From Microcystis aeruginosa NIES-843 (GTDB taxonomy: Bacteria; Cyanobacteriota; Cyanobacteriia; Cyanobacteriales; Microcystaceae): a stretch of 32,000 nt of DNA. Positions within the stretch are counted from its first letter, which is position 1. Each line of letters begins with the position of its first letter. Shown piece by piece: positions 16,075-25,331 of the stretch. The stretch is from assembly GCF_000010625.1 (NCBI RefSeq), contig NC_010296.1:480001-512000 (forward strand), read 5' to 3'. The notes beneath the pieces are model-generated. The model was not told where the DNA came from. It saw only the letters and a list, made by a program, of their open reading frames with translations, and ran no database searches. The translations under genes were made by a program, and so were the position numbers.

Positions 16075-17390
16075 GGTCTGAAACCCCGCCGTTTTACGGC
16101 GGCTTTACCGTTAAATACTAGCGCATTTAGACGATATATTCTAAAATGTGAGACATGGAAAAAGCCTATTCTTACCGATTTTACCCCACACCAGAACAAG
16201 AGTCGCTATTGCGGCGCACTTTGGGCTGTGTAAGATTAGTTTACAATAAAGCTCTCCATGTCAGAACACAAGCATGGTACGAAAGACAAGAAAGAGTAGG
16301 CTAAGCTCAAACTTCTTCAATGCTAACCGATTGGAAAAAGCAAGAAGAATTAGACTTTCTCAATGAAGTAAGCTGTGTACCTTTACAACAAGGGTTAAGA
16401 CACCTACAAACAGCTTTTACTAACTTCTTTGCTGGTCGTACTAAGTATCCTAACTTTAAGAAAAAACATCAGGGAGGAAGTGCCGAATTTACCAAATCTG
16501 CTTTTAAATTTAAAGACAAACAAATCTATTTAGCTAAATGCACAGAACCTTTACCTATTCGATGGTCAAGACAAATACCAGAAAGCTGTGAACCAAGCAC
16601 AGTAACAGTCAGATTACATCCCTCAGGACGTTGGCATATTTCAATTAGATTTGATGACCCAACGATTAAGCCTTTACCAGTAACAGATAAAGCCATTGGA
16701 ATTGACTTAGGAATTAGTAGCCTCGTGATTACCAGCGATGGCGATAAAGTGTCTAATCCCAAGCATTTTAAAAAGCATTATCGGAGACTGCGAAGAGCAT
16801 CGAAAAATCTTTCTAGAAAACAGAAAAACTCAAAGAATCGAGAAAAGGCAAGAATCAAAGTAGCCAGAATTCACGCTCAAATCACGGATAGTAGAAAAGA
16901 CCATTTACATAAGCTAACCACTCAATTAGTTCGTGAAAACCAAACGATTGTGGTTGAGAATTTAGCCGTCAAGAATATGGTCAAAAACCCGAAATTATCT
17001 CAGGCAATATCTGACGTTAGTTGGGGAGAAATCACTCGACAATTAGCCTATAAATGCCGTTGGTATGGCAGAAATTACATCGAAATAGATAGATGGTTTC
17101 CCAGTTCTAAAAGGTGTAGTAATTGCGGGTATATTGCTGAGAAAATGCCGTTAAATGTTCGAGAGTGGGATTGTCCAAGCTGTGGGACTCACCATGACCG
17201 AGATATTAACGCCAGTAAAAACATTTTGGCCGCAGGGCTTGCGGTGTCAGTCTGTCGAGCGACCATAAGACCAGAACAGAGTAAATCTGTTAAGGCAGGT
17301 GCGAAAAATCCTTCGGGAAAGAAGCAGAAACTCAAATCGTGAGGTTTGGGAATCGCCGTCCGTTTTACGGCGGTGAGGATGTCAACAGCT
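16075..17390 (+). mobile_element. IS200/IS605-family element carrying tnpB only (no tnpA); boundaries approximate
   Basis: Related subterminal hairpins lie at 16086-16102 (ccgccgttttacggcgg) and 17356-17373 (ccgtccgttttacggcgg) and bracket tnpB. No Y1 transposase ORF is present. Confidence 0.6.
16155..17342 (+). pseudogene. tnpB: tnpB (RNA-guided nuclease) with an in-frame TAA at 16302-16304
   Basis: The ATG at 16155 gives MEKAYSYRFYPTPEQESLLRRTLGCVRLVYNKALHVRTQAWYERQERVG, then TAA, then AQTSSMLTDWKK... in the same frame as ORF 16320..17342. RuvC and Zn motifs are intact: IGIDLGI, VVVENLAVKNM, CSNCGY..CPSCG and HDRDINASKNI. Confidence 0.8.
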
Positions 17391-17497
17391 TTAACGGTAG
17401 GGGATTCCTTGATCTTGATCTTAGTTCTTTGCCGGCCGATTGTCGGGAACCAGAATAGACTATTATCTATAGTCATAATTTCTTTTATTCATCAGTA

Positions 17498-17583
17498 GGG
17501 AGGCACAATTATTTGTAGGATGGGTTAGCGGTAGCGTAACCCATGCGGGCGTTGGGTTTCATGCTTCAACCCAACCTACGTTC
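17498..17583. repeat. second copy of the 87-bp hairpin-forming dispersed element
   Basis: Near-identical to 5428-5514, with differences at only a few positions. Confidence 0.8.
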
Positions 17584-17605
17584 TCCACCTACTTTTATTT
17601 ATTCT

Positions 17606-17655
17606 CCCCACTTCCCCACTTCCCCACCTCCCCACTTCCCCACTTCCCCACTTCC
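17606..17655 (+). repeat. (CCCCACTT)n tandem array
   Basis: Direct reading: ccccacttccccacttccccacctccccacttccccacttccccacttcc. Confidence 0.9.
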
Positions 17656-17731
17656 TATTCCCTGGGACCAGAAAAGGGGTAAGATAATAAGTTTAGTGAT
17701 AAGATGACCGAATTGTAAACGGGGACTTGAT

Positions 17732-18715
17732 ATGGCAGAAACCCTATTATTTAATGCTTTGCGACAGGCGATCGATGAGGAAATGGGCCGCGACCAGACA
17801 GTATTTGTTTTAGGTGAAGATGTGGGTCATTACGGTGGTTCCTACAAAGTTACCAAAGATCTCTACAAAAAATATGGCGATTTAAGGGTTTTAGATACTC
17901 CCATCGCTGAAAATAGTTTTACGGGCATGGCAGTGGGGGCAGCCATGACGGGATTGCGTCCGATTATTGAAGGCATGAATATGGGTTTTCTTCTGCTTGC
18001 CTTTAACCAAATTGCCAACAATGCTGGGATGTTACGTTATACCTCCGGCGGTAATTTTAAAATCCCCATGGTTATCCGCGGTCCGGGGGGTGTGGGGAGA
18101 CAATTAGGTGCGGAACATTCCCAACGTTTAGAGGCCTATTTTCACGCGGTACCCGGACTAAAAATTGTCGCTTGTTCCACTCCTTACAACGCCAAAGGTT
18201 TATTAAAATCGGCGATTAGAGATAATAACCCCGTGCTTTTCTTTGAACACGTTCTTCTCTATAATCTCAAGGAAAATTTACCTGATACCGAGTATCTTTT
18301 ACCCCTCGATAAAGCGGAAATCGTTCGCAAGGGAGAAGATATCACCATTCTCACCTATTCGCGGATGCGTCATCACTGTTTACAGGCATTAAAACAGTTA
18401 GAAAAAGATGGCTATGATCCAGAAATTATCGATTTAATTTCCCTGAAACCCTTTGATATGGAGACGATCGCCGCTTCGATTCGCAAGACTCACAGGGTGA
18501 TTATCGTGGAAGAATGTATGAAAACGGCGGGAATTGCTTCCGAGTTAATTGCTTTAATTAACGAGCAGTTATTCGATGAATTAGATGCCCCCGTGTTAAG
18601 ATTATCTTCCCAAGATATCCCCACACCTTATAACGGTAATCTAGAAAGATTGACGATTATTCAACCTAATCAAATTGTCGAAGCTGTCCAAAAAATGGTC
18701 GGCGATCGCATTTAA
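17732..18715 (+). CDS. pdhB: pyruvate dehydrogenase E1 component beta subunit
   Basis: The 327-aa product has the typical transketolase-like pyrimidine-binding and C-terminal domains ([38 protein letters not shown]). Confidence 0.9.
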   Translation: MAETLLFNALRQAIDEEMGRDQTVFVLGEDVGHYGGSYKVTKDLYKKYGDLRVLDTPIAENSFTGMAVGAAMTGLRPIIEGMNMGFLLLAFNQIANNAGMLRYTSGGNFKIPMVIRGPGGVGRQLGAEHSQRLEAYFHAVPGLKIVACSTPYNAKGLLKSAIRDNNPVLFFEHVLLYNLKENLPDTEYLLPLDKAEIVRKGEDITILTYSRMRHHCLQALKQLEKDGYDPEIIDLISLKPFDMETIAASIRKTHRVIIVEECMKTAGIASELIALINEQLFDELDAPVLRLSSQDIPTPYNGNLERLTIIQPNQIVEAVQKMVGDRI

Positions 18716-18741
18716 AAAATTCTCCTTTTGATACTGAAGTT

Positions 18742-20148
18742 ATGCAGAGACAAAATTGGTTATTGTTACTGATCATCGGCCTGGTTGTTGCCTCGATCAT
18801 CGTCCTGATTAAGTTACCCCTACAATTAGGTTTAGACCTGCGCGGTGGTAGTCAATTAACCATTCAGGTTAAACCCACTGAAACCGTCAAAACCATTCAA
18901 CCTAATGATTTAAAAGCCGTACAAAATGTGATTGAAAATCGCGTTAATGCCCTCGGTGTTTCTGAATCATTAGTGCAGACTGTGGACAGTAAAAATCAGG
19001 TAATCGTGCAACTACCCGGGGTCACAAATCCCAAAGAAGCTGAGAGAAACTTAAATGTTCAGGCCCAATTAGAATTTCGTCAGCAAAAACAAGGTACAGA
19101 AGGAGAATTCCGGGCTGAATATTCAATTTTTCAACAAAAAAAAGCGGAATTAGCCGCCCTCAAAGCCGAGAATAAACCCGAAAATGCCGCTAAAATTGCC
19201 GAACTAGAACAATCTCTGCAAAAATCTAAAGAGGCGATTTTAAATTTATTTGAATCGGTGGACTTAACTGGAAAAAATCTGCAAAATGCCACTATTAGTT
19301 CCACCCAAGGCACTAACTGGGAAGTGGCCATTACTTTCGATTCGGAAGGGGGCAATAAATTTGCCGAACTGACTAAAGCGATCGCAGGTACTGGTCGCAG
19401 TATTGGGATTTTCCTCGATAATGAATTAATTAGCGCCCCTGTGGTTGATGTGCAGTTTGCCCAAACGGGAATTACAGGAGGCCGGGCCGTGATTACTGGT
19501 AATTTTACCGCCGAAACTGCCAACGATCTAGCGATTCAATTGCGCGGTGGTTCTCTACCTTTCCCCGTTAAAGTGGAAGAAATTCGCACCGTCGGGGCAA
19601 CTTTAGGCCAGGATAGCATCCGTCGCAGTATCTACGCCGGTTTAGTGGGTTTACTGTTAGTTTTAATCTTCATGGCGGTTTATTACCGTTTACCCGGTAT
19701 TATTGCCGATGTTTCCCTGATTATCTATACTATTCTTTCTCTGGGGGCTTTTGCCCTAGTGGGAGTCACCATGACGTTACCCGGTATTGCCGGATTTATC
19801 CTCAGTATCGGCATGGCAGTTGATGCAAATGTACTGATTTTTGAGCGTACCCGGGAGGAATTAAGGGCCGGAAAATCCCTATTTCGGGCGGTGGAGTCGG
19901 GATTTTACCGGGCTTTTTCCAGTATTCTCGATAGTAATGTTACTACTTTAATCGCCTGTGCTGCCTTATTTTGGTTGGGTTCGGGATTAGTCAAGGGTTT
20001 TGCTTTAACTTTAGCCATTGGGGTAGCTGTGAGTATGTTTACCGCTTTAACCTGTAGTCGCACTCTCCTGTTAATCACCGTGTTAAACGTCCCTAGCGTC
20101 CGTCAAAAACCGCAACTTTTCTGCCCCAATTTACCGGTAAATCAATAA
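18742..20148 (+). CDS. secD: protein translocase subunit SecD
   Basis: An N-terminal TM segment and a large periplasmic domain ([11 protein letters not shown]) are followed by a C-terminal six-TM block. Confidence 0.9.
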   Translation: MQRQNWLLLLIIGLVVASIIVLIKLPLQLGLDLRGGSQLTIQVKPTETVKTIQPNDLKAVQNVIENRVNALGVSESLVQTVDSKNQVIVQLPGVTNPKEAERNLNVQAQLEFRQQKQGTEGEFRAEYSIFQQKKAELAALKAENKPENAAKIAELEQSLQKSKEAILNLFESVDLTGKNLQNATISSTQGTNWEVAITFDSEGGNKFAELTKAIAGTGRSIGIFLDNELISAPVVDVQFAQTGITGGRAVITGNFTAETANDLAIQLRGGSLPFPVKVEEIRTVGATLGQDSIRRSIYAGLVGLLLVLIFMAVYYRLPGIIADVSLIIYTILSLGAFALVGVTMTLPGIAGFILSIGMAVDANVLIFERTREELRAGKSLFRAVESGFYRAFSSILDSNVTTLIACAALFWLGSGLVKGFALTLAIGVAVSMFTALTCSRTLLLITVLNVPSVRQKPQLFCPNLPVNQ

Positions 20149-20423
20149 TCAGTAATCAGTAATCAGGAGTCAGGAGCCGGTCGTCAGGAGTCGGTCGTCA
20201 GGATTCAGGAGGAGATAGGGTGATAGGGTGATAGGGTGATAGGGTTTTGGGGTGATAGGGTGATGAGACAACTTCCCCACTTCCCCACTTCCCCACTTCC
20301 CCACTTCCCCACTTCCCCACTTCCCCACTTCCCCACTGATTACTGCTTACTGATAACTGAAAAATCTCCCCACTCCCCAAATCCCTTTTTTCCTTTTTCC
20401 TTTTTCCTTTTTACTTAATCGAT
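20149..20423. repeat. 275-bp composite of short tandem arrays separating secD and secF
   Basis: Reading in order gives (TCAGTAA)n, GTCAGGAG/CCGGTCGTCAGGAG, (GATAGGGT)n at 20214-20265, (CTTCCCCA)x7-8 at 20272-20336, CTGATTACTG-type heptamers and (CCTTTTT)n. Confidence 0.9.
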
Positions 20424-21356
20424 ATGGCATTTAACGTTACAAAACAGCGTAATTTTTGGTGGACAGTCTCGGCCTTGCTGACGATTGGTAGTATTTTGGC
20501 CATGGTAATTTCTTGGTTCACTATTCAAGCGCCTTTGCGACCGAGTTTAGATTTTGTTGGTGGTACGAGAATTCAGATAGAATTAGCCTGTGCCAAAAAG
20601 AATAACTGTGAAAAACCCTTAACTACTGCCGAAGTGCAAGTGATTTTAGACGAGGAGGGATTGGGTAACAGTAGTGTGCAGGTGTTGGATAAATATACTT
20701 TATCGGTGCGGACGAAAACCCTCGCAGAAGAACAGAGAACAAAATTACTCGACACCTTAAACCAGAAAATCGGTGCCTTTGACCCCGAAACCAGTCAAAT
20801 CGATACGGTCGGTCCCACCATCGGTCAAGAATTATTTAGGTCGGGATTTTTAGCTTTATTAGTGTCATTTTTTGGCATTGCTGTCTATCTAAGCTTCCGT
20901 TTTCAACGGGATTACGCTTTTTTTGCCATTGTCGCCCTGCTGCACGACGTTTTGATCACTTTAGGGGTCTTTGCGGTTTTAGGCTTAATTGCGGGGGTAG
21001 AAGTGGATAGTTTATTTTTGGTTTCCCTCTTGACAATTGTGGGCTTTTCTGTTAATGACACAGTGGTAATTTATGATCGCGTTCGGGAAAATTTTGTCAA
21101 TACCCCCGAATTATCCGTGGATGAAATTGTCGATAATGCGGTGAGTCAAACCCTAACTCGTTCGATTAATACCACCCTGACCACTTTATTGCCTCTGGTG
21201 GCGATTTTTCTCTTTGGTGGCACGACTTTAAAATATTTTGCCCTAGCTTTAATTATTGGCTTTGTAGCGGGGGCCTATTCGAGTATTTTTATCGCTAGTA
21301 CCCTACTAGCTTGGTGGCGCAGTCGTTCCCATCGACCCACACTCAATTACAGTTAG
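20424..21356 (+). CDS. secF: protein translocase subunit SecF
   Basis: The 310-aa product has SecF topology and motifs ([23 protein letters not shown]). Confidence 0.9.
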   Translation: MAFNVTKQRNFWWTVSALLTIGSILAMVISWFTIQAPLRPSLDFVGGTRIQIELACAKKNNCEKPLTTAEVQVILDEEGLGNSSVQVLDKYTLSVRTKTLAEEQRTKLLDTLNQKIGAFDPETSQIDTVGPTIGQELFRSGFLALLVSFFGIAVYLSFRFQRDYAFFAIVALLHDVLITLGVFAVLGLIAGVEVDSLFLVSLLTIVGFSVNDTVVIYDRVRENFVNTPELSVDEIVDNAVSQTLTRSINTTLTTLLPLVAIFLFGGTTLKYFALALIIGFVAGAYSSIFIASTLLAWWRSRSHRPTLNYS

Positions 21357-21676
21357 GATGCCATTGGTGAAGAATCAGTGGTTCTTGGATGGGTCGTAAT
21401 AGTAATTTCAACCTGTTGATTGAGACGACCCAAAATTGAGATCAAACGGTCAATAGTAAAGCGTCCCAAATTAGCACGGCGAATCTGGACAAATTCACTG
21501 TGATTAATTCCAGTTCGCACTTGAGCATCGCGGGTTGATAAGTCTTCCTTCTCCAGAACCTTGATAATTTCAGCAGCAAGCAGTGCTTTCGCTTGTCGCA
21601 CGTCCGCATCTACATCGCCAAAATCGCGGTACACATTACCGCTACCTTGTACCAGTTCAAATTGTTCTTCACTCAT
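21353..21676 (-). CDS. XRE/HTH_37-type antitoxin
   Basis: The N-terminal [10 protein letters not shown] motif and the HTH ([37 protein letters not shown]) are typical of antitoxins paired with RelE/Gp49-like toxins. Its ATG overlaps the stop of a toxin remnant (ATGA). Confidence 0.65.
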   Translation of the reverse strand: MSEEQFELVQGSGNVYRDFGDVDADVRQAKALLAAEIIKVLEKEDLSTRDAQVRTGINHSEFVQIRRANLGRFTIDRLISILGRLNQQVEITITTHPRTTDSSPMAS

Positions 21677-21748
21677 GAGAGTTCCTCCTTCAATCCCTTG
21701 AGCCGTGCTTTGATAACTTCGACTTCCTGTTGTGGTGTTTTGATAGTT
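21673..21748 (-). pseudogene. 3' remnant (about 24 codons) of a RelE/Gp49-like toxin gene, cut by the 1-kb element
   Basis: The minus-strand translation is ...[25 protein letters not shown]. The KTPxxE(I/V)E..A..R tail is typical of Gp49/HigB-2-type toxins. The sequence upstream of codon L is the terminus of the inserted element. Confidence 0.5.
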
Positions 21749-22754
21749 AGGGCTGGCTGAATAAATCTAAAAACCTTGCTGGATAAGACTTTTAGACTTT
21801 GTTGAAATCCAAAAGTACCAGATATGGGAGTGATCAGGGGTAAATTCAGGTACTTTTTCCCTGAAAATTAGGTAATTGACCCCCTCAAAATCGGTAAAAC
21901 CCCACACCCGTTACAGTAGAGCAGGAAGTCGCCTTCCCACCCCCTGCTTCAAAACCGGACTTACGACTTTCGCCGTATCCGGCTCCTGAGTAACTAGGCT
22001 ACTGTCATTAGTAGAATAATAATGGGAATTATTATTTCCTTGTCTATTCAACCCTCTTGGCTGTATCCCCACCAGACAAGATTGTTGGTTTTAGGGCGTA
22101 TATGACCGTTGATTGTTGCTTAGACTTCCTAGTTACCCGTCCTTTGTCAGCATATCTTTGATATTACTCAAAGCCTTGGCTTTTAAGGACATCCTCTCCC
22201 TCTATTGACTTGCGGATGGTTTCCTACTGCCCCGAACGGGCAGAGTCAATCAGGGTTACTTCGTTCCCTATAACCATTGGTTGAACCCTTAGGATGATAC
22301 TGTCCACAACAGAGTAACGGGAATGCCTTACTGATAGTGGTATGAGCTATCAGCCCCAACTCTGTTAACTTTTGTTTCGAGCCTGTCAGCCTTTTGGCTC
22401 GTGGGTGTTGACGATGGTTAATTCGTATCTTCGCCCCAGGGCTATCCATAGGTTCTGGCTCAACGGGTTTCTGATTTAGGCTATCAGATACCGCTTTTTT
22501 TTCCTCGCTCACTACCTCAGATGTACCAAGTCTAAAGCAGCAGGAAATGCCGTCACTCTAGGCATCTAGAGGACAGGACTAAGGTTATTACTAACCCGCA
22601 CCTGTAGGGTTATAAAGTTATCAAGGTACTACATTTACCAAGCGGCTAATCCTCTAAACGTCTTACTGTCTAGTTTCTAGCCAACGAATCGCACCACACC
22701 CTACACCCTACACCCTATACCCTGCCCCTAGGAAAAACTTTTTCAGCAGACCCT
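21749..22754 (-). mobile_element. 1006-bp TIR-bounded element carrying an ORF-less group II intron (copy A)
   Basis: The imperfect termini are agggctggctgaataaatc and, as the reverse complement of the right end, agggtctgctgaaaaagtt. The element is about 99 percent identical over its interior to 26119-27117. Confidence 0.7.
21916..22694 (-). ncRNA. ORF-less group II intron ribozyme, copy A (3' boundary +/- 15 nt)
   Basis: On the minus strand the 5' end is GTGCGATTCG, starting at 22694. Domain V is GAGCCGGAUACGGCGAAAGUCGUAAGUCCGGUUU (21985-21952), folding as 9 bp, an AA bulge, 5 bp and a GAAA loop, with the AGC triad. It is followed by a GCGA-capped hairpin (candidate domain VI) ending ...CUCUAC. 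No RT ORF is present. Confidence 0.75.
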
Positions 22755-23106
22755 AAGTACAGTTGGCTAAAACCGCGCGCACTTGTCGAGAATGCCTCTA
22801 CTTTCTCAGGAGAAATTCTGTCTAAGCAAGTAATCTCGGTGAACCAAGAATCCCCAAGACTTTAGGCTGGGGAGTGTTAAAAAATTGTTATGGCTAGGGG
22901 AGCTTTAAGATTGCTTCGAGGGCTTTGGTGATACAATGAGCCGTTAACTAGCTATCTCTCGGTGGCATGGAGAGCCAAATTGTCAGGAGGTCGAAGCGTG
23001 AAAACTCGGTTGCGTTGGTTTTGGGTGGCTTTAGGGGCATTTCTTGCCATTATTGGCGAGGAATTCTTGAGAAAGCTGCTGGCACTCTCTCTGTGGCGTT
23101 TTTCTG

Positions 23107-23457
23107 TTGAGTTACTGTCTGCCTGATGCTAAATATAGCGCTTCTGTCGTGGCTCAAACTCCACAACCGGCTATTGGGCAATCTCAAACAGAGCAGAAAA
23201 TTGATAATTATTTTAGCCCCATTCAACCAGATGGTACACCCAAATTAGGGATCGATCGCTGGTGGGCAACCGCAGGAGTAGATAAGGAAATTACGGTTAA
23301 CTGGACGGTAGAAGTTAAGGAAAAAGGCGAATATTATCTCCGTCTAGGTGTAGATTTAGAAAATTTTGATGTAATCAAAAGATTTAGAAAGTGGAAGCTC
23401 AGTGATCAGGTTTCTATTAAGATTTCAGATGATTATAATAGACCTGTTTCTAGCTAT
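23107..23457 (+). pseudogene. 5' segment of a disrupted Vps62/DUF946-like gene (continues at 27309)
   Basis: The ORF reads ...KISDDYNRPVSSY and then runs into the IS terminus. The same frame resumes after the CTAT duplication at 27309. Confidence 0.6.
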
Positions 23458-23645
23458 TGGGACTTAAACAAATTTCAAGCCCAAACAAAGCCTAAACTGG
23501 CTTTGTAAGCGGCAAACACATCCCGATTCTCGGTCAGCCACTCAAAGAAACGGAAAGACATCGCTGTCCGAAAAGCTTCCAAGGCTTCCACAAAAGTGTT
23601 TAAAGGTCGATTCGCCCACCGCCTTTGCAATCCCCCAGTTAACTG

Positions 23646-23758
23646 ATATCATTTTTCAAAAGTGATGACAGACTTAGTTGATTATTCCAAAGCGCAATTC
23701 CGCTCTCGGAAAGGAATTGCGCTTTTAGATGTTAGTCACGACTATTGAAAATTGGTAT
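23646..23758. mobile_element. about 113-bp MITE inside the outer IS copy (boundaries +/- 3 nt)
   Basis: It is absent from the intact copy, which reads cagttaacttatgccacagg at 24137-24156. Imperfect 22-bp TIRs are ATATCATTTTTCAAAAGTGATG and ATACCAATTTTCAATAGTCGTG. The internal 10-bp palindrome is gcgcaattcc...ggaattgcgc. Confidence 0.65.
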
Positions 23759-23963
23759 GATGCCACAGGATAAATGTATAGGCACAAAACACCAAGATAA
23801 AATGACGAAGTAAGCTTCGTTTATCCCTGACTTGATATTCCCTTAACCCTAACCATCCTTTGGCTTCTCGGTAGAATACTTCCACCCAATTTCTTTCGGT
23901 GTAAGTCCTCACTATCCACGAAGCTGTTACTGTATCTGCCTCAACTACATTGGTGATGAAATA

Positions 23964-25327
23964 GTGGGACTTAAACAAATTTCAAGCCCAAACAAAGCCT
24001 AAACTGGCTTTGTAAGCGGCAAACACATCCCGATTCTCGGTCAGCCACTCAAAGAAACGGAAAGACATCGCTGTCCGAAAAGCTTCCAAGGCTTCCACAA
24101 AAGTGTTTAAAGGTCGATTCGCCCACTGCCTTTGCAATCCCCCAGTTAACTTATGCCACAGGATAAATGTATAGGCACAAAACACCAGGATAAAATGACG
24201 AAGTAAGCTTCGTTTATCCCTGACTTGATATTCCCTTAACCCTAACCATCCTTTGGCTTCTCGGTAGAATACTTCCACCCAATTTCTTTCGGTGTAAGTC
24301 CTCACTATCCACGAAGCTGTTACTGTATCTGCCTCAACTACATTGGTGATGAAATAGTCCACCTCTGTGGCTTTTTCCATTGAACTTGCATTCATGACGA
24401 TCGCCAAGTTCCTTTCTCCTTCTAGTTGAGATATTTTCGCTCTGAATACCGCTACCCAAACCGTTTTTTCTTTATCTAGATTTAGGGTGATTTTCTCCCA
24501 ATCCTTTTCTGATAGGCTTTTTGCTAGTTGCTCAAGCTGGATTGTTTCTTCCACACCCCCTTCTTTTTCAATAATTACTTTTCGATTTTTTGCCAATCCT
24601 CCTAAGTATTTTAGCTTTCTTTCTTCCAGGGCTTTGAGAAAATTTGTGTTGTTGCCATAACCAGCATCTATTAAGACGATTTTCGGTCGATAGCCTCTGG
24701 TTAAGCTCCGGTCAATTAAATCTATCGCTATCTCTGGTTTCTTCTTAAATTCTTTGTCTTCTTTCCCCTCGGCTAAGGAACTAGCCGGTTGATAAATTTC
24801 CCTGTCTAGGGGTACACTTTTTTTGCCGTCGTAGAGATGAGTAGTGACGGCGACTATTCCGTTGTCTGTCTTGCCAATTTCTCCTAGGTACTGCCTGCCA
24901 ACTCCGGCGGTCAGATTGCCACTTTTTCGATGTCCTGAGTCATCGACAATCAGGGAAAATCCTCGGGGGATTTGCGTCTGGCGGCATTGGTTCATCACTT
25001 GCAACCGACATTCATTCACCTGACGGTCTGACCAGGGAGATTCGGTCAAAAAGTGATGTAATCGGTTATAAACTACTCCGACGGCATTATTGGCCATTTG
25101 AGTGAGGTTTTTCCGCTCACTTTCCCCTAATAATCCTCCTAAATATTGTCTGAAGCCGTTTTTTTGCGCTTCGTTTTTGAAGCAATTGTCAAACCGCCGA
25201 CACCATCGGTCAAAGCATGGGGGCATCGCGGCTGGGGTTGTCTCTTTCATCGCTGATCTTTCAACGTAAAGTGCTTACTCTTTAACGATTATACTCGATT
25301 TGATCTTTATTTGGCGTTTAAGTCCCA
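23964..25327 (-). mobile_element. inner, intact IS701-family element (1364 bp)
   Basis: Perfect 12-bp TIRs TGGGACTTAAAC are flanked by an ATAG duplication (23960-23963 and 25328-25331). The uninterrupted target ggtgatgaaatagtccacctctg is visible inside its own transposase gene at about 24348-24370. Confidence 0.85.
23982..25250 (-). CDS. IS701-family DDE transposase
   Basis: The 422-aa ORF has an N-terminal region typical of IS701 (FRQYLGGLLGESERKNLTQMA...LHHFLTESPWSD). Candidate DDE residues lie in LIVDDSG, VLIDAGYG and NWVEVFYREAKG. Confidence 0.8.
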   Translation of the reverse strand: MKETTPAAMPPCFDRWCRRFDNCFKNEAQKNGFRQYLGGLLGESERKNLTQMANNAVGVVYNRLHHFLTESPWSDRQVNECRLQVMNQCRQTQIPRGFSLIVDDSGHRKSGNLTAGVGRQYLGEIGKTDNGIVAVTTHLYDGKKSVPLDREIYQPASSLAEGKEDKEFKKKPEIAIDLIDRSLTRGYRPKIVLIDAGYGNNTNFLKALEERKLKYLGGLAKNRKVIIEKEGGVEETIQLEQLAKSLSEKDWEKITLNLDKEKTVWVAVFRAKISQLEGERNLAIVMNASSMEKATEVDYFITNVVEADTVTASWIVRTYTERNWVEVFYREAKGWLGLREYQVRDKRSLLRHFILVFCAYTFILWHKLTGGLQRQWANRPLNTFVEALEAFRTAMSFRFFEWLTENRDVFAAYKASLGFVWA

Positions 25328-25331
25328 ATAG

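Noticed and set aside
15991-16233. 80-aa + strand ORF, and the N-terminal 45 codons of the 567-aa version of the GTPase ORF (16065-16199)
   Set aside because: This stretch is the left end and 5' part of the IS605-family element. The true tnpB frame starts at 16155 in a different frame, and the GTPase most plausibly starts at ATG 16064.
17189-17476. 95-aa minus-strand ORF
   Set aside because: It is antisense to the tnpB 3' end and the IS right end and has no motifs.
20198-20418. 60-aa ORFs on both strands (GSGEVGKWGSGEVGKW... and PHFPTSPLPHFPTS...)
   Set aside because: They are pure translations of the CTTCCCCA/GATAGGGT tandem arrays. The same applies to ORF 3007..3192.
22246-22512. 88-aa ORF (and its twin at 26616..26882) inside the 1-kb repeated element
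   Set aside because: It lies within the group II intron ribozyme body and has no recognisable protein motifs. Between the two copies, 4 of 5 nucleotide differences are non-synonymous, so there is no sign of coding constraint.
22998-23126. GTG-initiated 42-codon ORF with a TM-like segment upstream of the disrupted host gene
   Set aside because: It is too short to call. It may be the original N-terminus separated by a frameshift, so I mention it only as a possibility in the host-gene finding.
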